Positions 10,655 through 28,738 of a DNA stretch of 64,000 bases are shown one piece after another; within the stretch, counting starts at the first letter, position 1, and each line of letters begins with the position of its first letter. A program made the translations under genes and the position numbers. The notes below the pieces were generated by a model that saw only the letters and a list, made by a program, of their open reading frames with translations, did no database searches and had not been told where the DNA came from. The DNA is from Podarcis cretensis (lineage: Eukaryota): positions 18,166,001 through 18,230,000 of the forward strand of contig OX638160.1 of NCBI GenBank assembly GCA_951804945.1. The letters are read 5' to 3'.

Positions 10655-11816
10655 CGTGGGCACATTTCTTGAGTAAAAACAGGTAGGATCTAACCGTTAG
10701 GCTGGGCTCCAATATGACGGCCTGTGAAATTCATATTACATTGACAGGAAATGTGCCAATGGCAGTGAGCGTGCAGTGAGGGCTTTTTTTAAAAAGTTAC
10801 AAAGCAAAGGTGGTGAAGCTCTAGCCGTGCATATGTTTTTGGACTACTATTCCCTATTAGAACTTCTGATCATTGCCTATGCTGGACATCTAACAGGAGC
10901 ATCTGGAGAGCTACACTGAACAATCCCAGGACTCCTTAATGAGAGAGGGAGAGACTTATAGATAAAGCTGCAAGGACAAAAGACCCTTCTGTATCAGCTA
11001 TTAGACCAGCATCCTGCGGCCAACTGTGTTTTGGAAGTCCACCTGGGCACAAGAGCATTCTTTTCTCTTGGAAGTTTCCAGTGACTGGTATTCAGAAGCA
11101 ATAACGGCCTCCAGCTGGATGCAGAGCATAGGTTTCTTGGCTAGCAGCCACTGATACTAGTTGTTACCTGTTTCTTTGTTAAGCCGGGTAAGAAAGGGAG
11201 AGCCAGCTTACTTCATAGCTGGACTTGCTCAAAACAAGGTTTTACAACCTAATTCCTATGCTTATAATTTTGCTGCCAAGGATGAGACTTTGAAACTGTT
11301 CAACCCACATAGTGGGGTGCCTGGAATGATAAATTGCAATTAATATGGCATTTCCAAGGCAGTTAGCTGATTTACTTCTAGGCAGTTAGCTGGTTGGAGT
11401 GTGGTGCTGATAATGCCACGGTCATGGGTTCAAGCCACCAAGGATGGGTTCATATTCCTGCATATTCCTAGAAGATCTTCAGGGTCCCTTCCAACCTGAT
11501 GATTAAAACCCATCCCCCAAAACACTGTTCACATGTATTTCTGATAGTCTCCCCAAGATCACTGAACTGTAGGAGTACCATACATAATTGAGAGTACGCC
11601 ATGAGACCAGGAATGCACATTATCAATTTATATTTTAATGTGCAGTTTTATTTTCCTATTGCATCAGTTCTCCAATAAGACAAGCTATGTAAACTTTACT
11701 GAGATTGAGTTACTGCTTTATATTAAGTCAGAACATTGGTCTATCTAGCCCAGTACTGTTAGCAGTGACTGGCAGTGGCTCTCCAGAGTTTCAGGCAGGG
11801 GCCTTTCCTAGTCCTA

Positions 11817-12180
11817 AAGGTAAAGGGATCCCTGACAATTAAGTCCAGTTGCGAACGACTCTGGGGTTGCGGCGCTCATCTCGCTTTACAGGCTGAGGGA
11901 GCCGGCGTTTGTCCGCTTCTGCAGAGTTTTTCCGGGTCATGCGGCCAGCATGACTAAGCTGCTTCTGGCGAAACCAGAGCAGTGCACGGAAATGCAGTTT
12001 ACCTTCTTGCCAGAGCTGTATCTATTTATCTACTTGCACTGCGTGCTTTCAAACTTCCAGGTTGGCAGGAGCTGGCACTGAACAACGGGAGCTCACCCCG
12101 TCGCGGGGATTCAAGCCGCTGATCTTTCAATTGGCAAGCCCAAACGGCACAGTGGTTTAACCCACAGTGCCGCCCATCCC
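11817..12180 (-). mobile_element. Sauria SINE inserted into an older tRNA-derived SINE
   Basis: Full length; TSD TTTCCTAGTCCTA (11804-11816, 12181-12193). Confidence 0.93.
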
Positions 12181-12239
12181 TTTCCTAGTCCTACCTGGAT
12201 ACAAACATAGAACCTTCTGCATGCAATGCATATTATGAA

Positions 12240-12610
12240 TTATTTATTAATTCCCCCACCTTTTTCCCTGACGGGGTTCAAGGGGACTTACATGTAAAAA
12301 TGAGAACTGCTAAAAACATAGAAAAAATGATTTATAACAATTAAAATTTTTAGAAGTAAAACTATACACATACATAAAATCTGTTAATATACATATGGAT
12401 ACATATATGAAACCATACAAATAATTACAATAAGAGCACAGCACCAGCCCTTTCATTAAAAGCAATCGGTTCCCAAAAGCTTGTTGGAACAAAAAAGTCT
12501 TCAACTGCCTGAAGAAGGACAATAAGTAGGGGGCCAGTCTAGCTTCTCTAGGGAGGGCATTCCAAAATCTGGGAGCAGCCGCCAAAAAGGCATCTCCCGA
12601 GACCCCACCA
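12240..12610 (-). mobile_element. L2-clade LINE 3' end
   Basis: Peptide AFLAAAPRFWNALPREARLAPYLLSFFRQLKTFLFQQAF is typical of an L2 ORF2 C-terminus. Confidence 0.8.
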
Positions 12611-13014
12611 GGCTTGACTGTGATATGCATATGCTGTACCATTGAGGTATGGTATTTCCTGGATTTGGAAGCAAATGCATTACAATAGGATTTCCTGGAT
12701 GTTCTTTATACAAATTCAGCAATTCAGATTGTGCAATTACTGTACTCCTTTTCGTAAAGCTTGGCCTTGGGAGTAGGCTGTTGGCAGAATTCTGTAAGGC
12801 ATTTGAGATTGCAAACTACATCATTTGCCACTAAGTGCTGCTTGTTTATAGTTTTGCAAGAACCCTGGTGTTCCTCAACCCTGTCACAACTTCCCCCCAC
12901 TTGATATTTAATGTTTCATCAAGTTAGCTTTTTACTTGCACAGAAAATACACTTGAGAGTTGACCTGCTTATTTATAAAAGAGCCTACAGGTTTTTTTAC
13001 TCCATGGGATTTAC

Positions 13015-13382
13015 CAGTGCTTTTCCCCTAAAAAATTCTTTAGGGGTAGTCGAGAAAATCACCGGGAAAGGAAATGAAGCCGCCATCGGAGGTGGTAACA
13101 ACGAAACTGACCAATCACCATGCTACAGTCCAACTCCTACTTCACATATTAAATGTTCGCTTCCATCTGAGACTCAGGAAACACCGTGACTGGAAATGAG
13201 GCCGCCATTGGGGTTAGCAACGGAACTGACAATTCACCGTGCTTTTCAACAGAACTGACAATTCACAGTGCTAGAGAAGAATCTAATTTTTTTTTTTAAA
13301 AAAAAATTAGTTTCTTCTCCCGTTAGATTAACAAAATGTTTAGGGGTATGTGTACCTCTGCACCCCCAGAAAAAAAGCACTG
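13015..13382. mobile_element. hAT MITE with an internal tandemly repeated module
   Basis: TIR CAGTGCTTTT/AAAAGCACTG; 8-bp TSD GGATTTAC/GGGTTTAC (7/8 match); related end fragment near 8850-8915. Confidence 0.75.
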
Positions 13383-13689
13383 GGGTTTACTAATCACATT
13401 GGTAGCCGTAACTTCCCTGTTATTGTACCATGTAAGATATGCATTTCTTATGAGAACTCTGCACAAACTCAGAATCACTTCTATTTACTGTACACATTTT
13501 TATATCATTCATGTATCTCTTCTTTGTTATTGTAAATGTTTTCACTGGCTTATACTTTGATGATAATAATATTAATAAACTATGGTAAGGTGGAAAAACT
13601 GCACATTTTATGATACCTGGCTGCATGAGATGCTAGTTTTACTTGACTTAGGTTCGCTAAATAAAACATAGCAAACATGACACAATTTC

Positions 13690-13830
13690 TAGAGAGGTAT
13701 CCTTATCTGTTGCAACAAAAGCAAGGAGCTTTGTGGCACCTTAAAGTCAAACAAATTTATTATGGTATACTGTATATGGTTTCATAGACTACAGCACACT
13801 TAATCAGATGTGTGAAGTATTATCCTGTCA
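13690..13830. mobile_element. Old Penelope-like fragment
   Basis: TGTGGCACCTTAAAGTCAAACAAATTTATT...CACTTAATCAGATG resembles the 7965-8080 arm. Confidence 0.5.
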
Positions 13831-14174
13831 AAATACTCTCCTCAGTTATTAAAGACACCCTACATTAGATAAAAATAATTTATCTTCACTAGTATCAGAA
13901 CTTTATATTTGGCTGAATAGTGAAAGACATGAGGATTCTCATTCTGCAGTCTGCCAACTTTAAATTGCAGAGGATCGGGTGCCCTCTAGGTGGCTGCTGC
14001 TGCTGCTGCTGCTGCTTTTTCAGATTCAAGACAGTGAGGCTTGGAAGTATAACTGGAACCTATTCAGTGCTTACTTATTTTGCATGGGATTGCAAAGTTA
14101 AAATGTTACAGCAGCATTATCTTCATGCAAAGAGATAAAGCTGACCTGGATGTATAGTCTACTAAAATCAATTT

Positions 14175-14392
14175 TGTTGTTTAGTTGTGTCCAACTCTTC
14201 ATGACCCCATGGACCAGAGCACGCCAAGCACTCCTGTCTTCCACTTCCTTCCACAGTTTGGTCAGACGTTGGTAGCTTCGAGAACACTGTCCAACCATCT
14301 TGTCCTGTCATCCCCTTCTCCTTGTGCCCTCAATCTTTCCCAACATCAGGGTCTTTTCCAGGGAGTCTTCTCTTCTCATGAGGTGGCCAAAG
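14175..14392 (-). mobile_element. RTE/BovB LINE 3' end
   Basis: Peptide LTKLWKEVEDRSAWRALVHGVMKSWTQLN typical of the BovB C-terminus; (CAA)-like tail. Confidence 0.85.
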
Positions 14393-14591
14393 TTAAATCT
14401 ATGTTAAATCGTCAATCCCAAATTTCACTAATGGTTGAAATTTCATTTCAAACTAATCAACTTGTATACCAACTTCTAACAACAAAAACACAGGTTTTGC
14501 TGAGTTTTCAGAGGGGATTCCACATCTGAGGATAAGCAGACCAGTGACAATCCAGTTCCACCCACCACAGGTTCATTGTAGTGGATACCTC

Positions 14592-14594
<3 letters not shown>

Positions 14595-14623
<29 letters not shown>
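14595..14623. repeat. (CA)n microsatellite
   Basis: Seen directly; other SSRs at 13994-14014 (CTG), 45177-45197 (TG), 46190-46265 (TG/TA), 49539-49577 (AAT) and 52998-53038 (CA). Confidence 0.95.
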
Positions 14624-14629
<6 letters not shown>

Positions 14630-15099
14630 AGGACCTGGAATTTGGGGGAAATGACTCAGCCCCAGCAAAACCTGTTCTGCGGTATTCCACAACACAGATT
14701 GCCTATTGGTCATTGTGGAAACAGAATGCTGGAGAAGGGGTTTGGCTTGATCTAGCAGGGCTCATGTATGTATGAAACAACAGTGATCGCACTTGAGCAT
14801 ACGCAAAGCACATCACTCTTCACCATACTGTACAATCAAAGCCCAGCCTTCTCACCAGGCGTTAAGATACTGGATTTCTATGAAGTCTTGGGCCCCAATA
14901 CTTTCAGCTGATACATCACTCGCACACAGAGATGCCTATTTCTATTTCTGTGCGATTTCGTGTGTTTGTTTTTGTTTTTACAATCAAACGGTATATACAT
15001 AATTTTAAAAATACATTTTTTCTCTTTCACCACACCCCATCTTGCATTTGCTGACTTGAGGACTAGCGACAATACAGAAACGCCTACTTTGCTAAAACA

Positions 15100-16080
15100 T
15101 TCCTTTTCCCGCGGGGCCACAATTTTATTTTTGCACGTCCTAACTCGTTCCACGCAAGAGCGCGGCAGCCCGCCCCGGCGAAAGAGCACGTAATCACGCA
15201 CGGCCAAATTAGGAAGCGCGCGCATACAAAAGAAGAGAGCGGCGCACGCGCAGCCCAACCTCTCCTTTTCGTCTGCGGTAAAGGAAGCCGTGTTATTTAT
15301 TTCTTTGAGGGGACGGAAGTGGCGAGGAAGATTGGCCTTCCGCGCTTCCCGTAGTCCGGGCGATACCAACTGTCTCTGCGATTCCGAGGGAGAGGAGAGA
15401 AAAGGGGGAAAGACGAAGGCGCGCTTATGAACGGCCTGCCTCCGGGGGCCGAACGCGACACCTTGATGGGGGGAGCCTGACGCGCCGAGAAGAGGGGAGA
15501 AGCGGCCTTGGCGCGCGCCTTGGAGGCGGCCGCGGGAAAAGGGTGAGGTGAATGGGCGCGCCCTCCCCTTCCACAACCTGCCCGCGTTGAGCTACTGGGA
15601 AGCCAGTGGGCGGGGCTCAACGGGCAGCCGTGGCGGCTGGGTAATGGCAGCCCTGTGAGGAGGATCCCGGGGAGCGGAGGGGCAGGAGCCGCAGCCTGCG
15701 CAGGAGACGCGCCGTGTGGGGAGGGGGCGGGGAGGCGACACTGACCCAGGCCTCTCCTGTTGCCAGGTAACCGGGGGGGGGGAGCGGGGCCGCCCTCTCT
15801 CTCCGCTTCTCTTTCCTCCGCCTCCCCCTCACCCCCCTCGCCTATTTCCCTTGTGGGTCAGGCGCCCCTTATGTTCTGCCTCGCCCCCGGCTTTCTTCTT
15901 CTTTTCTTTTCGGCCTTCTTCCCCCCATGTCTAGAGAACGGGCCATAGGATCTCCCTGCCGGTATGTGTCCCGCTGCTGCGACCCGTCCCCGTTGGCTGC
16001 CCTTTACCTCGAGCCCCGACCTCATGGATGTTTGCGGGCGTGTTCAGAATCTCCGGGTCGGATCCAGACTTGTGCCGCGC
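15100..16080 (+). promoter_or_regulatory. CUL2: CpG island, CUL2 promoter
   Basis: GC/CpG rich, TATA-less; ETS motif CGGAAGTG at 15314-15321; GC boxes; nearest island upstream of the CUL2 ATG exon. Confidence 0.8.
15620..15766 (+). other. CUL2: Putative CUL2 non-coding exon 1 (start uncertain)
   Basis: Donor CAG|GTAACC at 15766/15767 inside the CpG island; TSS cannot be determined from sequence. Confidence 0.5.
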
Positions 16081-19000
16081 TTTGCATTGCTTTCCATGGG
16101 GCTTAAGCACCTTGGCTCGTTCAGGGCTCGTTTCCTGGGAGCATTGAAATCATCAGGGTTTACCTCTGAGTAGACACGGTTAAGGATTGCGATGCTAGTT
16201 TTGGATCATAACCTTACCTGTCGAGTGTGTGGCATCAAAGAACACCTGAATAAGACTGTGCTCAAGCAAGCACTACGAGGGTACAACCGCAGGCCTTTTG
16301 TTCCCATTTTGGAAATGGCAAGTCAGTCACAAACAAAGAAGTGTCTAGATGAATGGCAAAATGCAGGGAGGGTTAATGTTGTTTTAGTTCAGTGTTTCCG
16401 GTTTTGCTTTGCATGAGTAATACTGCTGGATTTTTAAACCAGGTACTGAAAGTGAAGGTGATGGTTCTAAGAATTCTGATAATGAAAAATCCGCCTTGCA
16501 TGCAGTAGCACCATTGAAAATTTATGTATCACTTTTTTCCATTATCGCCTCAGCAAAACAAGAGTTTTATTAAATCCGCAGGGAGGTTGGGCATCCAAAA
16601 TGTGTCCTTTGAAACACCACCAACTGTCTGGCCCATAAAATTAAATTTATCTGCAACACTTTTGAAGAACTTCCTCTAAGAAAGCCATAGCCTTATAAAC
16701 AACTCCTCCAGAAAAAAGTATCATTGACAATATACTCTCCTGGCATTTATCCTATCAGAAAAAAATCCTCCTGCACAAGAGTGTGAAAGATATTAGGAAT
16801 GAACATCATATTCCTGTTGTGGTTTACATTGCAAATAAGGAGATAGGTAGTTGACACTGCCTTGACAGAAGTCAATAGTAAGCCTTATTTCATTGCTTCC
16901 TGCTCTCTCCAGACCTCTCTCAAATGATTTGTGAGAGATGAATTAAAATAGTCAGTGTTGGACTGCATGTTAGTGAATGCAAGAATTATATCTCTTGCAT
17001 TTCTTCTAGTTGAGAATTAACTGAATTATAATTACAGCATTATAAAATACAAACATCATGCTGTGTCATGCAGTAAACCAGGGATACATCTTATGCACAT
17101 TTAACTTGCATGCAATCAGCTTTACATACTTGGCCAAAAAAAAATATTAAAATTAAAAATTGGAAAGGGAACGGGCTTCCAGGGGGAAATTTTTTTTGCA
17201 AACCCACTTGTCATTAAACCCACTGTGCTTTGACTATATGTGATTTTGGCTTTATATGCTATCACCAGAATGTAACCACCACATAAGTTGAGAGTCACCT
17301 GTATATATGTATCTCATTCCATTTTAGCATATAAGCCTTTTCCTTTTTTGGTGTAATCATATGTTTTGTACCTCTATTTATAAATCCATTCACACACTGC
17401 CAAATTCACCATTCACTTAATGTATCCTATCAAGATGACTTCAGCAGTGGACCTGGCAGACTACCTACCAGGCAGGATTTTTTCTTTAGCAGGTATCAAT
17501 TTTCCAAGGCTTGGACAAAGTTAAGATGTGGAGAGATGTAATGTGCATACCTCAGTAATGAAGTACTACCACAATGTCGTTGTATTCTGTAGAATCTTAG
17601 GACCACTTCACACTTGATAGGGACTCAAAAACCTTCTCCATGGTGGCGCTCCTATTTTTGAAGTGCTCATGAGAAATGGCTGGCACCAACTCTTATTTGC
17701 TTTTACACAGGGCATTTGTGCTAAGACTCGGCCATTTGTTATTGATGGCTACTATGCTGGGTAGTTGTTTTAATTTATTAACTGACCCATTTATGCTATT
17801 ATTGAATATTTTTTGTAGTTATCTTTTATTGTTTTATCCCTGAGCTAATGAGGAGTGAGCTAAAACATGCTTAGATTGACTGAAACAAAATTCATGCCCA
17901 CATTTCCCTTAATGCACAGTTGTTATCTCCATTAGGGAAAATGTCATTATGACATCTGATATGGTGTTTGGTGGTTTTTGTTTTTAAAAAAGGACTGGAC
18001 AGAAATTCATGAAAGATAGAGCCATGAACTGCTATTAGCCATAATAGAGACAATGAAAATTATGTATTTAGAGCTGGTATATTTTTGAATATCAGGTGAT
18101 GGGTCAGCCAATATGAGAAAACACTTATCACTATCATGCTGTACATGGGAGTTATGGGGAAGAATCTAGCAGGCCTCCAGACACTTGTCTGATAAGTTCA
18201 GTCCTTGAGAATATTGTTTTCATATATTGTGTCTATCTTCCCCCAAGTTTTGTAGACTTCAGGATAAGCAATTTTAGTTCCAACTCATCTTAAGACATCT
18301 TTTAGATTTATCAAGAAAGACCAGTCTGAATTTCTTGTGTGTGAAGTATGCCTGGATAAGATAGGTATGCAGGTGTAAGTTGTTGTTAACAGAATTGCCT
18401 GAAGGTAAAATGTTGTAATTGATTCATAAAGAAGGAACCATACTATAGGAAATTGTAACTCTATAAATTATGCACCTTAAAGAGTTGCGTTAGGTTTGTT
18501 TACATAAACAGTTTTTTACTTATTGACATACCACCCATAGTAAATTAACCAATTTCCATCTTTCCGAAAAGTAATAGCAATTGATTCACCACTGTGAGAA
18601 CTGTCAACGGTTTTATTCTGCTTCTGTTTCTATTCTATTTCTGAGTGTTTGCCCTTGTTTTCCATTGTTTCTTCTCTTCTTTCATTGTATTCTGGAGATA
18701 GTTATTGATACATCTTTGGTATGAGTAAGGAAGCATACAGTGTGCTGTGTTTTAAAATGGCGATTTCGCTTATTTGTACAGTATGGCAAAAATGCACTTT
18801 TAGAATAGTCAGCATTATCAGCTAAATTTGGGTTCATTGGTCTGCTTAGATAACTTGAAGTAATGTTGGTATTGCTGTTAGAAGTGAACAAATACAAACT
18901 TATTGAGGAATATTGAATATTCCACACCACTTGGAAATTGCTAGGAGTCTAGGTATAAATAGTCATTATAATATGTTATACAAATAAAACTACTTACACA

Positions 19001-20525
19001 ACTCATATTTTAATAATGACAGTATTTTTAGTGGGGTGGATGCACCTTTTTGGAGTGCTAAGTTCTCTGAAGTGACTCTTGCTATCAAAAAACCAAAGTG
19101 CTATGTCAAGTCTAGATACTTTCAGCTGCTTCGCAACTTTTCTGTGGACCTGAATGGATTTTGTGAACTAGAGTTTGAGAATCTCTGCTCTAGCCCTCAG
19201 TGAGCCCAGGGTTAGTACAGTTATTAACTGCAGTTTAGAGATCGGGATATGGGTATATCTGCCCCCCCATCCTCTCTTCAGCTGGATATCCTTGCCTTGC
19301 CGTAACCACACTTAGAGGTCAGGTTGGCGCCAATGTTGACTCTGTGGATTATTTCAAATTGTGGTTCTGATTCTGTTTTGGAAGCAGACTGTTATTAGCA
19401 GTAAGCAGCAAACTATGGTTACTAGTGACCAGGAAGTGGTGGAGGGAGTCTGCTTGCATGAGAAGGAGGAGGGGTTGTATAAGCCCGCAGTAGGTTCCTG
19501 ATGGCAGAAAAACTGATTTGTTGACCTGAACCAGTTTGCTTTGTAGAGAGTCTTGGATTCAGTGCTTGGTTAAGTGTACATTTCCCTATGGTTTGTGTTT
19601 AAATTCAGATTTAATTTTAAATCTATATAGCATAAAATGCACACACACCCCAGATCTTTTATATATACAGTATAAGTAAATGATCTCTTTGGGACATTAA
19701 TACGGGACAGTGATTGTCCCAAGATCACCCAGTGATCCATGACTGAGTGGAGATTTGAACCTTGGTCTGTCCAGTCCTCCTCCAATGCACTTAACTGTTC
19801 TGCTACACTGACTCATTTAAAAAGTAATTTTCTGCAATTGAAGTGCAAGCTATTGAAGTGCAACTCAAATTTTCTGTTTGTTTGCTACTTAATTGCAGCA
19901 TCATCGACCTCCCTATTGGCTTCCTGTTGGAACAGCAAAATCATTCATTGTTACGGGATTCCATTTGCTATTGCAAGAAACACCTAAAAGGAAACAGTTT
20001 GGCTACTTTTTCTCGGCTCTGTGCTACTCTGTGTACTTTTCCTAGAAACCTCTCTAGGTCTGATGCATGTAATTGACCCCGATCTACTCAGGCTCTTTCT
20101 GGGAATCACGCTGTTTGTTCTGTGATTCATTCTTGCGCGCATTATTTGTAGTATACATGGCAACAGTGAGGACCACGGAATATTGCACTTTGCTAGAGAA
20201 GTACCACAGAGCAACATTTCTGTAGCAAAGATTTCTAAGAGTACCAGCAGAAATCAGCCTGGGTAATAGAGCAGGTCGGTTGGGGAAGCTTTTAATGTTT
20301 GATGTTTTGTGTTTTTAGTATTCTGTTGGGAGCCGGCCAGAGTGGCTGGGGCAACCCAGTCAGATGGGCGGCATACAAATAATACAATCATCTACATCCT
20401 CCTCCTCCTCTAAATAATTATAAGGTTTAAAACAAAAGAGTTAAGCGATATAGTAATATTTTGTGGCTAACATTAGTTTGAAACTAATCATCTGGATTTT
20501 TCTCTTTTTTGCAGATCAATACTAA

Positions 20526-24717
<4,192 letters not shown>

Positions 24718-24806
24718 TGACTGTGAATACAAGCTGTTTCACTATTTGTTAAGGATTACAGTCATTTTTTAATTTGTAAAATATTTTGTGAATTACAACC
24801 TGGGAG

Positions 24807-25446
24807 TAGAGCTAGCCGATACAGTGGTACCTCATTTTGAGTCCGGGATCTGTTCCGGAGCCCTGGATGCTCGATGAAAGGGACGCTCGACAAAGCGCAT
24901 CTTTGCGCATGCGCGTGAGCAATTTTGCACTTCTGCGTGTGCGCAAGCGACAAACCCAGAAGTAACCCGTTCCGGTACTTCTGGGTTTGCTGCAGACGTT
25001 CCACAAAATGGATGCTAAACAGGGCGGACTCACTACGAGGTACTACTGTATATCAATATATAGTCCAAAACCGGTATATCAATATATAGTCCAAAACCCT
25101 ATTGTGATACTGGTTTTATAATTTTTGACCTGGCAATATATTATGCATCATGACTTGTGTGTGTATGTGTATTCACGCTGTGCAGAAATCACAATATAGG
25201 AAAAACCGTGAAGCCAGCCATTCCCTCAACATAGCTCCATTGTTATTTCAGACATTGTGATATATCAGTATATCGCAACGTTTAGCTGGTGATATATCAT
25301 GAAGTTGAAAACCAAATATCACCCAGCCCTACTGTTTGTGTCTACATAGTTCCATCCTTATTTCAGACATCATTATATATTGGTATATCACAATGTTTAG
25401 CTGGTGATATATTGCAGTGTTGACAACCAGATATTGCCCAACCCTA
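24807..25446. mobile_element. hAT non-autonomous element with a duplicated right end and a nested Tigger-like MITE (24822-25048)
   Basis: Ends TAGAGCTAGCCGATA / ATTGCCCAACCCTA; 8-bp TSD CCTGGGAG/CCTGAGAG; inner element has CAGTGGTACCTC TIRs and TA TSD. Confidence 0.75.
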
Positions 25447-25610
25447 CCTGAGAGTAGCATGTAAATATGTATGGTATTTCCCCCCAAAAAAATTTGAAAC
25501 AGTGCAGATATGAGAATGTATTATAGAATTTTGTTCTTCAGCATTTCTGACATTGTTACTACAGTGCAAATTGTGGAATTGATCTTTTTCCCTTATGCTA
25601 TTTTTTGTAG

Positions 25611-25706
<96 letters not shown>

Positions 25707-26795
25707 TAAATTTTGGAGAAAACATGTTAAAAGTGTAATTGATGCAAAAAAAATTATAGAAGAAAGCTGAAGCTGTTGGGAGATGGACACAGTCACAATT
25801 TGATTTCAAAACTATGTTTAGGACAGGATTATGAAGTGCTTCCAGCATTATTTTATTTATGTAGGTTACAACATGTAGATGCTTCTCTTATTTACAAAAC
25901 TCAGATTAATAAAAATATGACAACTAAAAAGATATTCTGTATGAAATATATTTGTTGTGTGCATATATGCAGAAACGTGGGGTTTTATAAAGGTTTGTTT
26001 AGCTGTTAAATGACAGTTTAGATCAGCAGATGCGCAGGAAGAATGTGAGCAGCTTGTCTATTTCCCTTGCAATCATTCCATGCCTTTCCAGAGAAAGCCT
26101 CACTATCCTGTGGATCCAGCAACCATAGATTTAAGATAAATATTTTTGGATAGTTTGTTGAATGCCTGTAGGATGGACACCAAGTGATCTCATTTAACTA
26201 ATTCATTTAAAGTAACGTAACAGTGGAATGGGAAAAGAGTTAACTGTGCCCCTTGGAGGAAGAACTGTAAAAAGTGAGAGTGCACCCTGATCTTAAACAT
26301 GCTTCTATGGGCATAAACCCTGTTTCATAAATCCAGCTGGAGCAGCAATTCATAAGCCTCTTCAGTACACAGCTAGGTTTCCAGTAGGCTTTCAGGTCTG
26401 CTCAAAGTTGAGGAAAACCATGTACATCAGGCTTCCATATAATCAGGCATTCATGTGGAGGGTCTGCTTAAGAATGTAATAAAATCCTGTTGGATCAGAG
26501 CAATAGGTCCTCTAGTTATCATCCTGCTCTCACATGGCTGACCAGATGCCTGTGGGAAACCCACAACCAGAATTCAAACACAAGAGCACTCTTCCCAGTT
26601 TCCAGGAACTGTTTTTTTTAGAAGCCTCCAACTGCAGCAGCAGAGCATAGCCATCATGGCTGTAAACCACTTTGCTATATATTTTTATGACACAGCAAAT
26701 AATTTTTTTAAGATTTATAATAATTATGTCTAACACAGCCATTGTTTCCTGTGTGGTGTTGTCTTCTGCCTACAGCTCTACGATTTTGATAGTGA

Positions 26796-27023
<228 letters not shown>

Positions 27024-27639
27024 TAATTCTCTCTTCCTCACAATAACTTGCCATGGTCACCTTTGTTGAAAACCGTATAGCCCATTTTGTTGGATCAGTA
27101 AAATAAATGCCTCATTTATTGCCTTCGTAAGTCTTCACAGTGAGGCATTCAATGCTTTTATTGGTTTTTCAGCCAGCCTTAGTGAACAGACTATTGTTGT
27201 GTATTATTTACTTGCTGTGAAATGAATATAGATTATACAGTATCTTGGTGGGATTGGTGGATACAGAAAGAGAAATGGGGCTCTGATGATAAAGAGCTGC
27301 AAAGAAAGAAGTACGAAATGCACAACACTTAATAATTTACAGTAGTGCCTTTAATATGAAGCTGACAAGAATAAGGGCTTGGTGAGGCATTGTTTTATTA
27401 ACTTGTTTCATTAGAAGTGATGCTTGGGGTGGCATATACTTAAACCCTACATACATACTTTTCTCAAAGAGGAAAGTCTGATCTCTGAATGACACTCATC
27501 TCTGGACCCTGTTAATTGACCCCTGGAATTGACAAGTTTTTGCATCTCTGATGGAATAAAAGAAAGCCCAGATATAAGGAGGATTATATTAGGGCTGTTT
27601 CACATGTAAAAAATAATAGTGGGTTGTATCCAAACCAAC

Positions 27640-27730
27640 AGTGCAGTCCTATACATGTCTACTTAGAAGTAATCCCGATTGAGTGTAACGGAACTTACTC
27701 CTAGGTCAGTGTTTATAGGATTGCAGCCTA
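27640..27730. repeat. Short palindromic interspersed MITE-like repeat
   Basis: GCAGTCCTA...ACTT..AAGTAA...CTTACT...TAGGATTGC; relatives at ~841-930, 7883-8328 (split by the PLE), 16090-16190, 30668-30755 and 60765-60850. Confidence 0.6.
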
Positions 27731-28738
27731 TGCCTGCAACCTAACTACACTGACCTGGGAGTAAGTCCCCCCTTGGGAGGAGTCATAGTTCATGTTAGAT
27801 TATCTGCTTTGCTGCCTGAAGGTCCCATGTTAAATCCTCAGTATCTCCAGGTACGATTGGTAGAGATCTCCTTCTGAAACCTGGGAGAGCCGCTGGCAGT
27901 TATATCAAACTAGACTCTATATAAGACACCTCCTTATAACACTGATTACTTCTGAGTAGACACGGCTAGTTCATTGTGCAATAAGTTAGTTATCTATTCC
28001 CATTGATTGCAGTGGGAATTAACTTGCCCCGTTGATTTCAACTAATTTAAGCCCAGTTTGCCATGGTTGGGCTTAGCGTTATGTGCAAAACATGAATGAG
28101 TAACCATGCAAGTGCATGGAGCAAAAATCATGGCCACTTTGATCCCCCCCACCCCCGTCCTGCCCTCACATTTCCCAGAGCTCAGCTTTTGTGTCCGAAC
28201 CAACTAGTGGTTTGTCTCCCCCAGACCAACCACGAGTGGTAAGGCAAGAACAAACCATGGCTATTGAGCGTACACTCGGAGGCAGCCTTAGTGTTACTAC
28301 TGTTGGTTTCTTTTGCCTTGTACACATGTGCAACAGGCCAAAGAGGACTACTTTTCCTTTCTGCACATTCCAACAGTATTGTAAGGATTTTTCAATAGAT
28401 AAATGCAAACTGGCTTTGAGTAGCCAAAGCTAATCTGAGGGGATGCTTGAGTTCGGTACTGGCTATTGTTGATCACAAGAGTTGGGAACCTGTGGCTTTC
28501 CAAATGTTATTGGACTTCAGCTCTCATCAGCCCCAGCCTGCAACACATATTTCCCAATCCTGGATTATGCTAATTTAATCTAATATTTTCTACATTTAAA
28601 TACAATATTACCTTATTTTAATGCAATATTACCCTACAATCCATTAGGATTGAGCAGTTTTTAATTCTAAATAATCTAAAATAAACAAATGAATCATCTG
28701 TGCTTGACATGTTTCTGTTGTGCATTTTTTCATAACAG

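Noticed and set aside
11380-11500. tRNA-Ile-like sequence
   Set aside because: Degenerate, no complete cloverleaf, joined to a CR1-like tail; a SINE remnant rather than a tRNA gene
13070-13272. Repeat-spacer-like pattern suggestive of CRISPR
   Set aside because: Vertebrate DNA, only 2-3 degenerate units with irregular spacing inside a MITE, no cas genes
14878-15576. 232-aa minus-strand ORF and the other ORFs overlapping the CpG islands (9008-9979, 15297-16173)
   Set aside because: Arg/Pro/Gly-rich with no recognisable domain; expected from stop-codon scarcity in GC-rich promoter DNA
17941-17955. Second copy of the palindrome ATGTCATTATGACAT also seen in the 3' UTR
   Set aside because: AT-rich 15-mer next to a decayed LINE fragment with no flanking similarity; likely coincidence
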